Assembly: GCA_943841885.1 (NCBI GenBank)
Contig: CALSZZ010000001.1
Coordinates: 265,156 to 329,155, forward strand
Length of the DNA: 64,000 nucleotides
From: Candidatus Thalassarchaeaceae archaeon
Lineage (GTDB): Archaea; Thermoplasmatota; Poseidoniia; Poseidoniales; Thalassarchaeaceae
Reading direction: 5' to 3'
Shown here piece after piece: positions 9,834 to 18,285 of this stretch (positions within the stretch are counted from its first letter, which is position 1; each line of letters opens with the position of its first letter). The translations under genes were made by a program, and so were the position numbers. The notes under the pieces were generated by a model that was not told the origin of the DNA, searched no databases, and saw only the letters and a list, made by a program, of their open reading frames with translations.

Positions 9834-10175
9834 ATGCCTAGAGGCTGGTCATATAATGTTCTAGAATTAAAGAATGATTACGGAGGAAAAGGAAAGTATG
9901 AATTTAAATTGGAAGGTGATGCTTTTGGAAGTGAGGGAGCACCGTCATACTTTTCAGGAAGAGTGTTGATTAAAAAAAATTGGAGTGCTTACCGGGAGAG
10001 AAGAAGAATTACTGAACATGTACCCTTCATAATGAGTGGAGGCATTGGAGGTAGAGCGTCAATCGTAGCAGATCGGGGTGATTTGATTTATGTCATTATT
10101 GCCTCAGTACCTGAGTATTTTACAAGTAATCAAACATACAATTACAGACTAACTTTCAGCAAAAAAGAAATCTAA
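9834..10175 (+). CDS. hypothetical protein (beta-rich, 113 aa)
   Basis: ATG with GGAG 8 nt upstream. Same frame as the preceding ORF, separated from it by TAG, TAA and TAA. Confidence 0.35.
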   Translation: MPRGWSYNVLELKNDYGGKGKYEFKLEGDAFGSEGAPSYFSGRVLIKKNWSAYRERRRITEHVPFIMSGGIGGRASIVADRGDLIYVIIASVPEYFTSNQTYNYRLTFSKKEI

Positions 10176-10189
10176 ATTCATTATCTTCT

Positions 10190-10306
10190 TCGACCGCCAC
10201 CGGATCTACCGCCGCCACCGGATCTTCTACCGCCGCCACCGGATCTACCGCCGCCACCGGATCTTCTACCGCCGCCACCGGATCTACCGCCGCCACCGGA
10301 TCTTCT
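10190..10306. repeat. GC-rich tandem repeat, 39-bp period x3 (18-mer ACCGCCGCCACCGGATCT x5 plus one 15-nt copy, with TCT after every second unit)
   Basis: Read directly: units at 10193, 10208, 10229, 10247, 10268 and 10286. On the minus strand it encodes SGGGGR/RSGGGGR repeats ending at TAA 10181-10183. Confidence 0.9.
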
Positions 10307-10313
10307 ACTCCCT

Positions 10314-11729
10314 CTAGGCCTTCCTCCACCACTTTGAACGGCTCATCGCCCTCCTTCCTCTTCTTCCTGATGAAGATCTATGAAAATGACGTCTTCGCCT
10401 GAAATAACCATATGGCCTGTAAAATGGGCGATAATACCAAGGTCCAGTGAAAGGAGGCATTCCTTCATAGCCGCCATATCCTTGATCTCCTCCTTGGAAA
10501 CCTACTTGTTGGTCATAATTTGAGAAACGGACATAAATAAATGATATTAATAAAAATATTATCAATAATAACATGCAACAAAATAATTCATCAACAGTAA
10601 ACTTATTAGGATGTATTTCAGCTGATTCGGAAGGATTTTCTGGATTAACATATACCTGAACTACGGATTCTATTGGGTATTGGCCTTCTATATCACTAAT
10701 ACAAGGAGTATTGGACGAAATGGATGAGGTAGAGAATGAGCCAGTATAACTTGTTTCCACTGCAGAACCAGAAGAGTATGTATAAGAATATAATAAATCA
10801 GCATAACATGAATAATATAGATAAATATCATAAGAATCTGCAGGAAATAGTAATATTTCATTCCAAACTGTTCCTGAAGGAGATCCATGAGAAATAGCAA
10901 AAACCTGATAGTCGGAATGATCATTTAAGTTTACTTCAATAGACACATTATCCCCTATTTGGAAATAAAATTCTATGTCTTCCAAACAAGGCCACTCGCC
11001 CGATATTTCTGGAGTATATTGCCAATTAATATAAGAAACTCCATCTAAAGAATATGATAAATTTAGATCGGCATAACATACGAAATAATCATACCATTCG
11101 GTGTATGTATCACAATATTCATCTCCATAATCATCATAATAACAGTCCTCATACGTGTATGATCTTTGTGATACATCTTCGAACCACCCTGTTTCATTTT
11201 CTATAGTAGCATTTATTTCCATCCACTGAATGTCATCTGAACCAATCAATTTAGCATCAGTTAACTCCCAATCAACTTGATTAGTGAACTGATATGTCAT
11301 CAATATTGATGACCCGATTGTCAATATTAGCGCGATAGAAACGAAAATCAATTCACCTGGAGATAACCAATTAGGTAGTGAAAAACTAGTTTGTTTTACA
11401 ATTTCTTCGTCTTCTCCTGATTTTAAATTATTCAAATTGTTATTTCCCATTGGATTTTTTATTTTTGGAATGTTTGATGATTCTGAGTTAATTAAATTAC
11501 CATCAGGTCCAACTTCAGGAATTCCTAAGCCCGGGCCATTTACGGCATCAGATGTAAGATTTTGAAGCTGTGATATTTTTAATTTATGTTCCGCTTCTGC
11601 AATTTCTTCCTCTCTTTGTAGTCTTTTTTTCTCGGCCTCATTCAACAAATCATTAATTTCTTCTTTTGGAGATTTTTCTTCTTCATCGGCTGAATTCCAC
11701 CATTTGTCATCTTCCATAAGTATTCTCAT
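10314..11729 (-). CDS. two-TM membrane protein with duplicated Cys/Tyr/Asp-rich ectodomain (DUF3592-like) and R/G/Y-rich tail
   Basis: Acidic coiled-coil-like N-terminus. TM helices LIFVSIALILTIGSSILMTY and LFCCMLLLIIFLLISFIYV. Internal repeat CYADL..SY...PC..DIE..V.V..N appears twice. Tail reads GGDQGYGGYEG...RRRRHFHRSSSGRRGRR. Confidence 0.6.
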   Translation of the reverse strand: MRILMEDDKWWNSADEEEKSPKEEINDLLNEAEKKRLQREEEIAEAEHKLKISQLQNLTSDAVNGPGLGIPEVGPDGNLINSESSNIPKIKNPMGNNNLNNLKSGEDEEIVKQTSFSLPNWLSPGELIFVSIALILTIGSSILMTYQFTNQVDWELTDAKLIGSDDIQWMEINATIENETGWFEDVSQRSYTYEDCYYDDYGDEYCDTYTEWYDYFVCYADLNLSYSLDGVSYINWQYTPEISGEWPCLEDIEFYFQIGDNVSIEVNLNDHSDYQVFAISHGSPSGTVWNEILLFPADSYDIYLYYSCYADLLYSYTYSSGSAVETSYTGSFSTSSISSNTPCISDIEGQYPIESVVQVYVNPENPSESAEIHPNKFTVDELFCCMLLLIIFLLISFIYVRFSNYDQQVGFQGGDQGYGGYEGMPPFTGPWYYRPFYRPYGYFRRRRHFHRSSSGRRGRRAMSRSKWWRKA

Positions 11730-11822
11730 TACTTGTTAAAATAGACTTAGTATTTATGTATATTCAAAATTTTGAGATATCGGATATGAATAATTTATAC
11801 ATAGAATATAGACGCAAGTTGT

Positions 11823-13079
11823 ATGACAGAAGATGAAAGATTACACTTTGACCCAAAGATGCTAGATATAATGGCCGAAGTATGCATTAAATTTGGTTTA
11901 AATTTACAAAATGGACAAGATTTAATTATTACTTCTACTGTAGAATCGCTGCCTCTTGTCAGAAGGATTGTAGAGGAGGCATATCGAGCGGGAGCAGGAG
12001 TTGTGACTACTCTATTATCAGACGAAGAAATAAGTCTAGCAAAGTACAGGTATGGTAACGAAGAAAGTTTCGATAGAGCTCCTGAATGGATGTTCAAGGG
12101 GATGGCAGAAGCGTTTGGGAATAATACTGCTCGTTTGGCAATTTCAGCTGATAATCCAATGTTATTGTCTGGTCAAAATCCAGAAAGAGTTTCGAGATTA
12201 GGTAAGGCGATGTCTATTGCATCTAAACCCGCCATGGAAAAAATAACAAATTTTGAAACTAATTGGAATATAGTATCATATCCAGGTAGTAAATGGGCCA
12301 AGCAAGTATTTCCAGAATTATCAGAAGAAGATGCGGTTAAAAAACTAGCAGAGGCTATTTTTTCTGCTTCTAGAATTAATGGAAAAGATCCCATTAGCGA
12401 ACTGAGAGAGCATCATTCGAATCTCAAAAAGCGACAAAAGTGGTTAAATGATTATTCATTTAAATCGTTACACTACACTGGACCTGGTACAGATTTAATT
12501 ATTGGCTTAGCGGATGGACATGCCTGGAAAGGAGGAGCAAGTATGGCCAAGAATGGCATTATTTGCTCACCGAATATTCCAACTGAAGAAGTATTTACTA
12601 CTCCTCACGCGGATCGGGTTGATGGTTATGTTAAAGCTACGAAACCGCTTGTTTACAGAGGCACATTGATTGAAGATATTGAAGTACGGTTTGAGAAGGG
12701 GAAAATAGTAGAAGCAAGAACATCATTAGGAGAGGAAGTTTTTCTTCAGATGTTAGAAACTGACGATGGTTCTAGAAGGTTGGGCGAGGTAGCATTAGTA
12801 CCTCATTCATCTCCAATCTCCCAATCTGGAATTCTATTTTATAACACACTATATGATGAAAATGCCGCATGTCATATTGCACTTGGGCAATGCTATTCAA
12901 AGTGTTTTATAGAAGAGATTAGTTTGGACAAGGAAGCAGTTAAGAAATCTGGTGGAAATAGTTCAATGATACACGTTGATTGGATGATTGGGTCAGGAGA
13001 ACTAGATATAGATGGTATAACTCCTGATGGAGATATTGTACCAATTTTTAGGAATGGAGAATGGGCAGAAGAAATGTAG
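11823..13079 (+). CDS. aminopeptidase, M29 (AmpS/PepS/aminopeptidase T) family
   Basis: 418 aa. EVALVPHSSPISQSGILFYNTLYDENAACHIALG and SMIHVDWMIG are typical of M29 thermophilic metalloproteases. Confidence 0.8.
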   Translation: MTEDERLHFDPKMLDIMAEVCIKFGLNLQNGQDLIITSTVESLPLVRRIVEEAYRAGAGVVTTLLSDEEISLAKYRYGNEESFDRAPEWMFKGMAEAFGNNTARLAISADNPMLLSGQNPERVSRLGKAMSIASKPAMEKITNFETNWNIVSYPGSKWAKQVFPELSEEDAVKKLAEAIFSASRINGKDPISELREHHSNLKKRQKWLNDYSFKSLHYTGPGTDLIIGLADGHAWKGGASMAKNGIICSPNIPTEEVFTTPHADRVDGYVKATKPLVYRGTLIEDIEVRFEKGKIVEARTSLGEEVFLQMLETDDGSRRLGEVALVPHSSPISQSGILFYNTLYDENAACHIALGQCYSKCFIEEISLDKEAVKKSGGNSSMIHVDWMIGSGELDIDGITPDGDIVPIFRNGEWAEEM

Positions 13080-13173
13080 AAATATCATTATTTAATCCAT
13101 CAATAATAATATCATTATGATATTATATAGATATATTTATAATATTCTATTTACCTTAAGGATTGAATATAAC

Positions 13174-14067
13174 ATGTCAGATGAAGTAATTAGGAAAGAA
13201 GAGATTATACAAGATATTGAAAAAGGGAGCCTAAATGGTTTTGTGGGTTTAGCATTACATCTCGTATTAGGATTGTTTAATTTAGTAATTTTAATTTCAG
13301 GGAGTTCAGCGGGTGCTTTAATAATAATCACTGGCCCAATGTGGATGATATATACCAACAGTTATATGATTATTCAACCAAATGAAGCCAAAGCATTACA
13401 ATTCTTCGGAAAATATTCGGGTACAGTTAGAGTAGAGGGTTTTAGATTTCTAATAAATCCACTATATCAAAAAACAGCTATATCTCTTCGTATTAGAAAT
13501 TTTGAGTCTAACAAATTGAAAGTAAATGATGTAAATGCAAATCCTGTTGAAATTGCTGCTGTTGTTGTCTGGAGAGTTTTTGATGCGGCTGAAGCATTAT
13601 TTGAAGTTGATAATTATAATAATTATGTTCAGATTCAGAGTGAAGCGGCACTAAGAGCAATGGCTACAAAATATCCATATGACATTATTGAAGATAAAGA
13701 CATTGGAGGAATTGCGCTTTCTAGTCACCAAGAAGAAATCGCCATGGAGTTACAGAGTTCCGTAGAAGCAAGACTCAAACGTGCAGGAATAGAAGTTTTA
13801 GAAGCACGTATCAGTCACTTGGCTTATTCTCAAGAAATTGCTCAGGCAATGCTACGCAGGCAACAAGCTAGTGCAGTTGTCGCAGCACGAAGTGAAATAG
13901 TAAAAGGTGCCGTTGGGATGGTAGAGTTAGCATTAGAGCAATTAAGTGAGAAAAATATTATTGAATTAGATGAAGAAAAGAAGGCTAGCATGGTCAGTAA
14001 TTTATTGGTAGTACTTTGCTCTGAGACAGACACAACTCCTGTCGTAAATACCGGTACCTTATACTGA
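13174..14067 (+). CDS. SPFH/band-7 (stomatin/prohibitin-like) membrane protein
   Basis: N-terminal TM segments then an SPFH core (NEAKALQFFGKY...VVVWRV...EAALRAMA...AQAMLRRQQA). Start taken at ATG 13174. Confidence 0.75.
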   Translation: MSDEVIRKEEIIQDIEKGSLNGFVGLALHLVLGLFNLVILISGSSAGALIIITGPMWMIYTNSYMIIQPNEAKALQFFGKYSGTVRVEGFRFLINPLYQKTAISLRIRNFESNKLKVNDVNANPVEIAAVVVWRVFDAAEALFEVDNYNNYVQIQSEAALRAMATKYPYDIIEDKDIGGIALSSHQEEIAMELQSSVEARLKRAGIEVLEARISHLAYSQEIAQAMLRRQQASAVVAARSEIVKGAVGMVELALEQLSEKNIIELDEEKKASMVSNLLVVLCSETDTTPVVNTGTLY

Positions 14068-14113
14068 TAATAATTATTTATTCTTTGTTTTTTTCTTGGA
14101 GATATAGATAGAC

Positions 14114-14263
14114 ATGAGTAAAAAGAAATTTTTGACACGTATCGACTCTAAACTTTACGAAAGTATACGTAAATGGGCAGAAGATGATTTTAGATCCGTT
14201 AACGGGCAAATTGAATTTTTGTTAAATCAATGCGTAAAAGAAAGAAAGCGCCTAAATAAATAG
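14114..14263 (+). CDS. Arc/MetJ-type ribbon-helix-helix DNA-binding protein (49 aa)
   Basis: Not in the ORF track (under 60 aa). ATG 14114 has GGAGA about 10 nt upstream. MSKKKFLTRIDSKLYESIRKWAEDDFRSVNGQIEFLLNQCVKERKRLNK fits the RHH beta-alpha-alpha pattern. Confidence 0.6.
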   Translation: MSKKKFLTRIDSKLYESIRKWAEDDFRSVNGQIEFLLNQCVKERKRLNK

Positions 14264-14295
14264 TAATTTAAATATCATAACCTCTTGATGGCATT

Positions 14296-14709
14296 ATGAA
14301 TGAAAAATTGATGCTCTTGCCTTTACTAGGGCAAGTTTTACTAACATTCTATGTAGGAATTGTTGCGAGATTAAGAAGAGAAAAATCTGTCAAAGAAGGT
14401 TTCAACTGGAGATATTTTAAGACATTTGAAGGAGAAAAGCCACCAAGATTTGTCTTACAAGCAGATCAGCACCTAGTCAATCTTTTTGAGGCTCCTGTGT
14501 TATTTTTTGCCGCAGGAATTTTAGCTATAACTTTAGAAACAGTTGACATTATTATGCTAACTCTTGCCATATCTTATGTAATATCTAGAATTTGGCACGC
14601 TGGAATAACATTAACCAATAATAGACTTTTATGGAGGGCGCGTGCATTCATATTATCTTGCTGGATTCTACTGATAATGTGGTTATGGCTTGTGTATATT
14701 AATTTTTAA
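14296..14709 (+). CDS. MAPEG-family-like membrane protein
   Basis: 137 aa, about 4 TM. NLFEAPVLFF and SRIWHAGITLTNNRLLWRARAF resemble MAPEG motifs. Confidence 0.5.
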   Translation: MNEKLMLLPLLGQVLLTFYVGIVARLRREKSVKEGFNWRYFKTFEGEKPPRFVLQADQHLVNLFEAPVLFFAAGILAITLETVDIIMLTLAISYVISRIWHAGITLTNNRLLWRARAFILSCWILLIMWLWLVYINF

Positions 14710-14750
14710 TATAAACATTATTTCATAGCCAAAGACTACTACCGCCTACT

Positions 14751-15248
14751 GTGAAGATACGTCAAGTGATGATTTTTGTATTAGTTTCTTTAACCCCTCT
14801 ATGGGCTGTAGAAGCATCTTTTTTGGAAAATGAAAACTCGAATACTCAATCGGATAAAATAGTTACTGTGGACAGTACAAACTTTAGATTTTCTCCCTCA
14901 GAAATAACGCTTAATGAGGGAGAATCGGTCCGCTTTTTCTGGAGTGGGGAGTTTTTAGGACATAACGCTGTTGAAGAAAATGGCTTTTTTGACTCAGGAG
15001 ATCCTGAAACAAATGTAGATTATACATTTAATTTTGAAATTGGAACTAATGGGACGTATACATATGTATGTGAACCGCATGAACAAATGGGAATGATAGG
15101 TACTATTATTGTGAAACCTAGTATTGCTGATTCAGATGAAGAAGATGATGATGAAGTAAAAAATGAGGCAATTCCAGGATTTTTATTCTATAATGTTATT
15201 TTAGTATTATTATTAGTTTCAATAATAAAACCAAAGCAATTTGTGTAG
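14751..15248 (+). CDS. membrane-anchored blue copper protein (halocyanin/plastocyanin-like cupredoxin)
   Basis: GTG start per the track. Type-1 Cu ligands GHNAV and YVCEPHEQMGM (C-x-P-H-x4-M). Acidic linker DSDEEDDDE and a C-terminal TM helix. Confidence 0.8.
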   Translation: MKIRQVMIFVLVSLTPLWAVEASFLENENSNTQSDKIVTVDSTNFRFSPSEITLNEGESVRFFWSGEFLGHNAVEENGFFDSGDPETNVDYTFNFEIGTNGTYTYVCEPHEQMGMIGTIIVKPSIADSDEEDDDEVKNEAIPGFLFYNVILVLLLVSIIKPKQFV

Positions 15249-15267
15249 TTTCAAAAACTCTATAAAT

Positions 15268-16182
15268 TTAGAAAGGAAGTTCTTTATCAAGCCTATTGGT
15301 CATTTGTAAATATCTATCGGTATGATCTGTATCTGGCATATTAATTACAAATTGCCAATATCTCCAAGCAGCTATTGATAGTGTGGCTAAACGATGTAAA
15401 TGAGGTAATGCAGTAATCTCTTCCTCAGTTAATTTACGTATTGATTCGTAGCCTGCAAGTAAAGAAACCCAGCGCTCAGACACTGGCAAATTATTTTCCC
15501 ATCCAAAGCCAACAAAAGTCATGACTAGATCAAATGCAAGAATATCATTGCAAATTTCTTCAAAATCGAGTATTGATTTGACTTCGCTATTCGAACCCAA
15601 CACGTTATCGGGAAATAAATCTCCATGAATAATTCCTCTTGGAAGATTTTCAATGAGATTACTTAAAATTGAGCTTTCGGTTTTTAACATAATAAGAAAA
15701 TCTGTCCAATTATCTTTTTCTTCGGCTAAAGTGAATAATTTTTGAAATAATTTATGGCCCATGGAAAACTCTTCTTTCAATTCTAGAGGCGGTTTTATGA
15801 GATGTAAATTAGCCTGAATTTGGCCAAGAGAATATAATGATGAGTGGTTTGGCTTTAACCAATCTCCCTCAATAAATGGAAGTATGGTCCAAGCCAAGTT
15901 ATTTTTTATGAATAAAAATTTATTATTTTTGAATTTTATTGGTTCTGGAGTAGGGACGCCATTTTTGGCTAAGTAAGATGTCATAGTAAGTAAATATTCT
16001 ACCTCTTCTACAGATTGTTCATTCCATACTTTTAATACAAATTTATTATTATCTCGTAAATTCAATATATAATTTGAATTTGCCCATCCTCCTGCCAATC
16101 TCTGTATAGAGATTATATCAGAAAGATTGGTGTAGCCAAGTACTTCTGAGGCATCTGCCAATGAGACTTCTGTGTAAGCCAT
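15268..16182 (-). CDS. APH-fold kinase (homoserine kinase type II / hydroxylysine-kinase-like)
   Basis: GGWANSNY nucleotide-binding region and catalytic IIHGDLFPDNVL...ILDFEE. 304 aa. Confidence 0.7.
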   Translation of the reverse strand: MAYTEVSLADASEVLGYTNLSDIISIQRLAGGWANSNYILNLRDNNKFVLKVWNEQSVEEVEYLLTMTSYLAKNGVPTPEPIKFKNNKFLFIKNNLAWTILPFIEGDWLKPNHSSLYSLGQIQANLHLIKPPLELKEEFSMGHKLFQKLFTLAEEKDNWTDFLIMLKTESSILSNLIENLPRGIIHGDLFPDNVLGSNSEVKSILDFEEICNDILAFDLVMTFVGFGWENNLPVSERWVSLLAGYESIRKLTEEEITALPHLHRLATLSIAAWRYWQFVINMPDTDHTDRYLQMTNRLDKELPF

Positions 16183-16267
16183 ACAATTTTGCTGAAGTAA
16201 ATACCTTTTTTGTATTATCTGTGGTTTTTATCAAAATATTAAATTATCATAGGCCATATTAAGCATT

Positions 16268-17563
16268 ATGGATGTCGAAGAAGTGAGTACTGATTATTCG
16301 ATAGATGAGTTATTAATGCAACGGGAAAAATATGTTGGTAAAGCACTTTCAATAGCACATGAAAAACCCCTGCATATTATTAGAGGAGATATGCAATATC
16401 TTTATTCTGCTGATGGGAAAAAATATCTTGATTTGGTGAATAATGTCTGTCATGTTGGCCATTCTAATCCTAGAGTAGTCGAAGCAGGACAAAGGCAAAT
16501 GGCATTACTAAATACCAATACAAGATATATTTACCAAGGACTAACTGAATATATTGAAAGATTGGCCAGAACTCTTCCTCCTTCATTGAATGTAGGATAC
16601 TTGGTAAATTCTGGCAGTGAAGCCAATGAATTAGCAGTACGAATTGCTAGGTCATACACAGGTAAGAAAAATATGATTGTAATGGAGGGTGCTTACCATG
16701 GACATACTACTATGCTGATTGATCTAAGTCCATACAAATTTAGAGGCCCCGGCGGTAAGGGAAAATCTGAACCTTGGGTACATGTAGTTCCTATCCCTGA
16801 TACCTACAGAAGAAGAGGGAGAAATTATGCCAAAGAATTTAATACCGTTCTAGATAAATCTGGCCCCATAGCAGGTTTCATGGCAGAGACTATGCTTTCC
16901 TGTGCGGGTCAAATACCGCTACCTGAGGGATATTTGTCCTCTGTATTCAAACAAGTGCGTGCCGCTGGAGGACTTTGTATTATTGATGAAGTACAAGTTG
17001 GTTTTGGGCGTTTAGGAACTCACATGTGGGCATTTGAAGAACATGATGTAGTGCCAGATATAGTTGTGATGGGAAAGCCAATAGGTAATGGGCATCCAAT
17101 GGCTGCAGTTTTTACGACATTAGATATTTCTGCTTCATTTGAAGAAATGGAGTTTTTCTCCACGTTTGGAGGGAATCCTGTTTCATGTGCCATTGGATTG
17201 TCCGTTTTGGACGTAATAGAAGAAGAAAAATTAATAAAGAATGCAGAAAAAATTGGTAATATTCTTATTGATGGGTTACTAAAACTGAAAAAAAAGTATT
17301 CTTTAATTGGCGATGTTAGAGGGAAGGGTTTATTCCTCGGCATTGAATTAGTTAAGAATAGAGATACCTTAGAACCTGCTATTTATGAGGCTAAAGAAAT
17401 AGTTAGAGAAATGCTAAAAAATAATTTTTTACTGAGCATAGACGGGCCACTTAAAAACGTAATAAAAATTAAGCCCCCCATGGTCATAACAAAAGAAGAT
17501 GCAATAAAAACTCTAGATACATTTGATAAGGTCTTATCTAAAATCGTAAGTAAAGGCTCCTAA
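16268..17563 (+). CDS. class-III PLP enzyme of the AGXT2L type (phospho-lyase/aminotransferase)
   Basis: NNVCHVGHSNP, LNTNTRY and DIVVMGKPIGNGHPMAAV (PLP Lys) closely match my recollection of human AGXT2L1/ETNPPL. Confidence 0.7.
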   Translation: MDVEEVSTDYSIDELLMQREKYVGKALSIAHEKPLHIIRGDMQYLYSADGKKYLDLVNNVCHVGHSNPRVVEAGQRQMALLNTNTRYIYQGLTEYIERLARTLPPSLNVGYLVNSGSEANELAVRIARSYTGKKNMIVMEGAYHGHTTMLIDLSPYKFRGPGGKGKSEPWVHVVPIPDTYRRRGRNYAKEFNTVLDKSGPIAGFMAETMLSCAGQIPLPEGYLSSVFKQVRAAGGLCIIDEVQVGFGRLGTHMWAFEEHDVVPDIVVMGKPIGNGHPMAAVFTTLDISASFEEMEFFSTFGGNPVSCAIGLSVLDVIEEEKLIKNAEKIGNILIDGLLKLKKKYSLIGDVRGKGLFLGIELVKNRDTLEPAIYEAKEIVREMLKNNFLLSIDGPLKNVIKIKPPMVITKEDAIKTLDTFDKVLSKIVSKGS

Positions 17564-17577
17564 GATTTTAATTGTAA

Positions 17578-18198
17578 ATGCAACCTTGGATATTTATGGG
17601 TGTGTATGAAGCCTTGGTCGCTCTCTCCATGGGCATAGGCATATCAGCAGCTGCAGGATTTAGAATATTTCTTCCTCCATTTATACTTTCATTAGTCATA
17701 AAGTTTGGAAACTTAAATCTGGATCTGGGAGGTACTTCTTTCGAATTTTTTGAAAGTGAGATTACAATCTTTCTACTGGGAGCAGCAGTAATAATCGAAA
17801 CATTGGCATATTATATCGCATGGGTAGATAATTTACTAGATGGTATTGCCAGTCCAGCGGCAATAATAGCGGGAACAGGGATGACTGCGATGCTTCTTGG
17901 AGAAGAAATGAGTCCGATTCTACAGTGGTCATTAGCAATAATAGCGGGAGGAGGAGTATCGGGAGGAATTCAAGGAGCAACAGTTGTCACTAGAGGTTTT
18001 TCCACAGTATTAACTGGAGGCGCCGGGAACCCCATAGTATCAACCATAGAAAATATTGGTGCCTTATTTTTTACGATATTTGCATTAATACTTCCATTTT
18101 TAGCAGCTTTTGCCGCGATTTTAATATTGTCCATTACAATAAAGAAAGTGGCAAATAAAGGAATAAGTAAACAGAATACTAATCTAAATACTGAATAA
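17578..18198 (+). CDS. integral membrane protein (DUF4126-like)
   Basis: Gly/Ala-rich TM helices. IIETLAYYIAWVDNLLDGIASP resembles the DUF4126 core. Confidence 0.45.
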   Translation: MQPWIFMGVYEALVALSMGIGISAAAGFRIFLPPFILSLVIKFGNLNLDLGGTSFEFFESEITIFLLGAAVIIETLAYYIAWVDNLLDGIASPAAIIAGTGMTAMLLGEEMSPILQWSLAIIAGGGVSGGIQGATVVTRGFSTVLTGGAGNPIVSTIENIGALFFTIFALILPFLAAFAAILILSITIKKVANKGISKQNTNLNTE

Positions 18199-18285
18199 AA
18201 ATTTAGATCACATCACATATGTAGAGAGATATTTGAATTTTAAACCACTAGAGACAATTAAACGAATGTAGTACTTCGGATTAAT

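Noticed and set aside
10190-10306. Whether the regular GC-rich repeats are a CRISPR array
   Set aside because: The units are contiguous with no spacers, have an 18/21-nt period, lie in a protein-coding-like frame and have no cas genes nearby. It is a coding tandem repeat.
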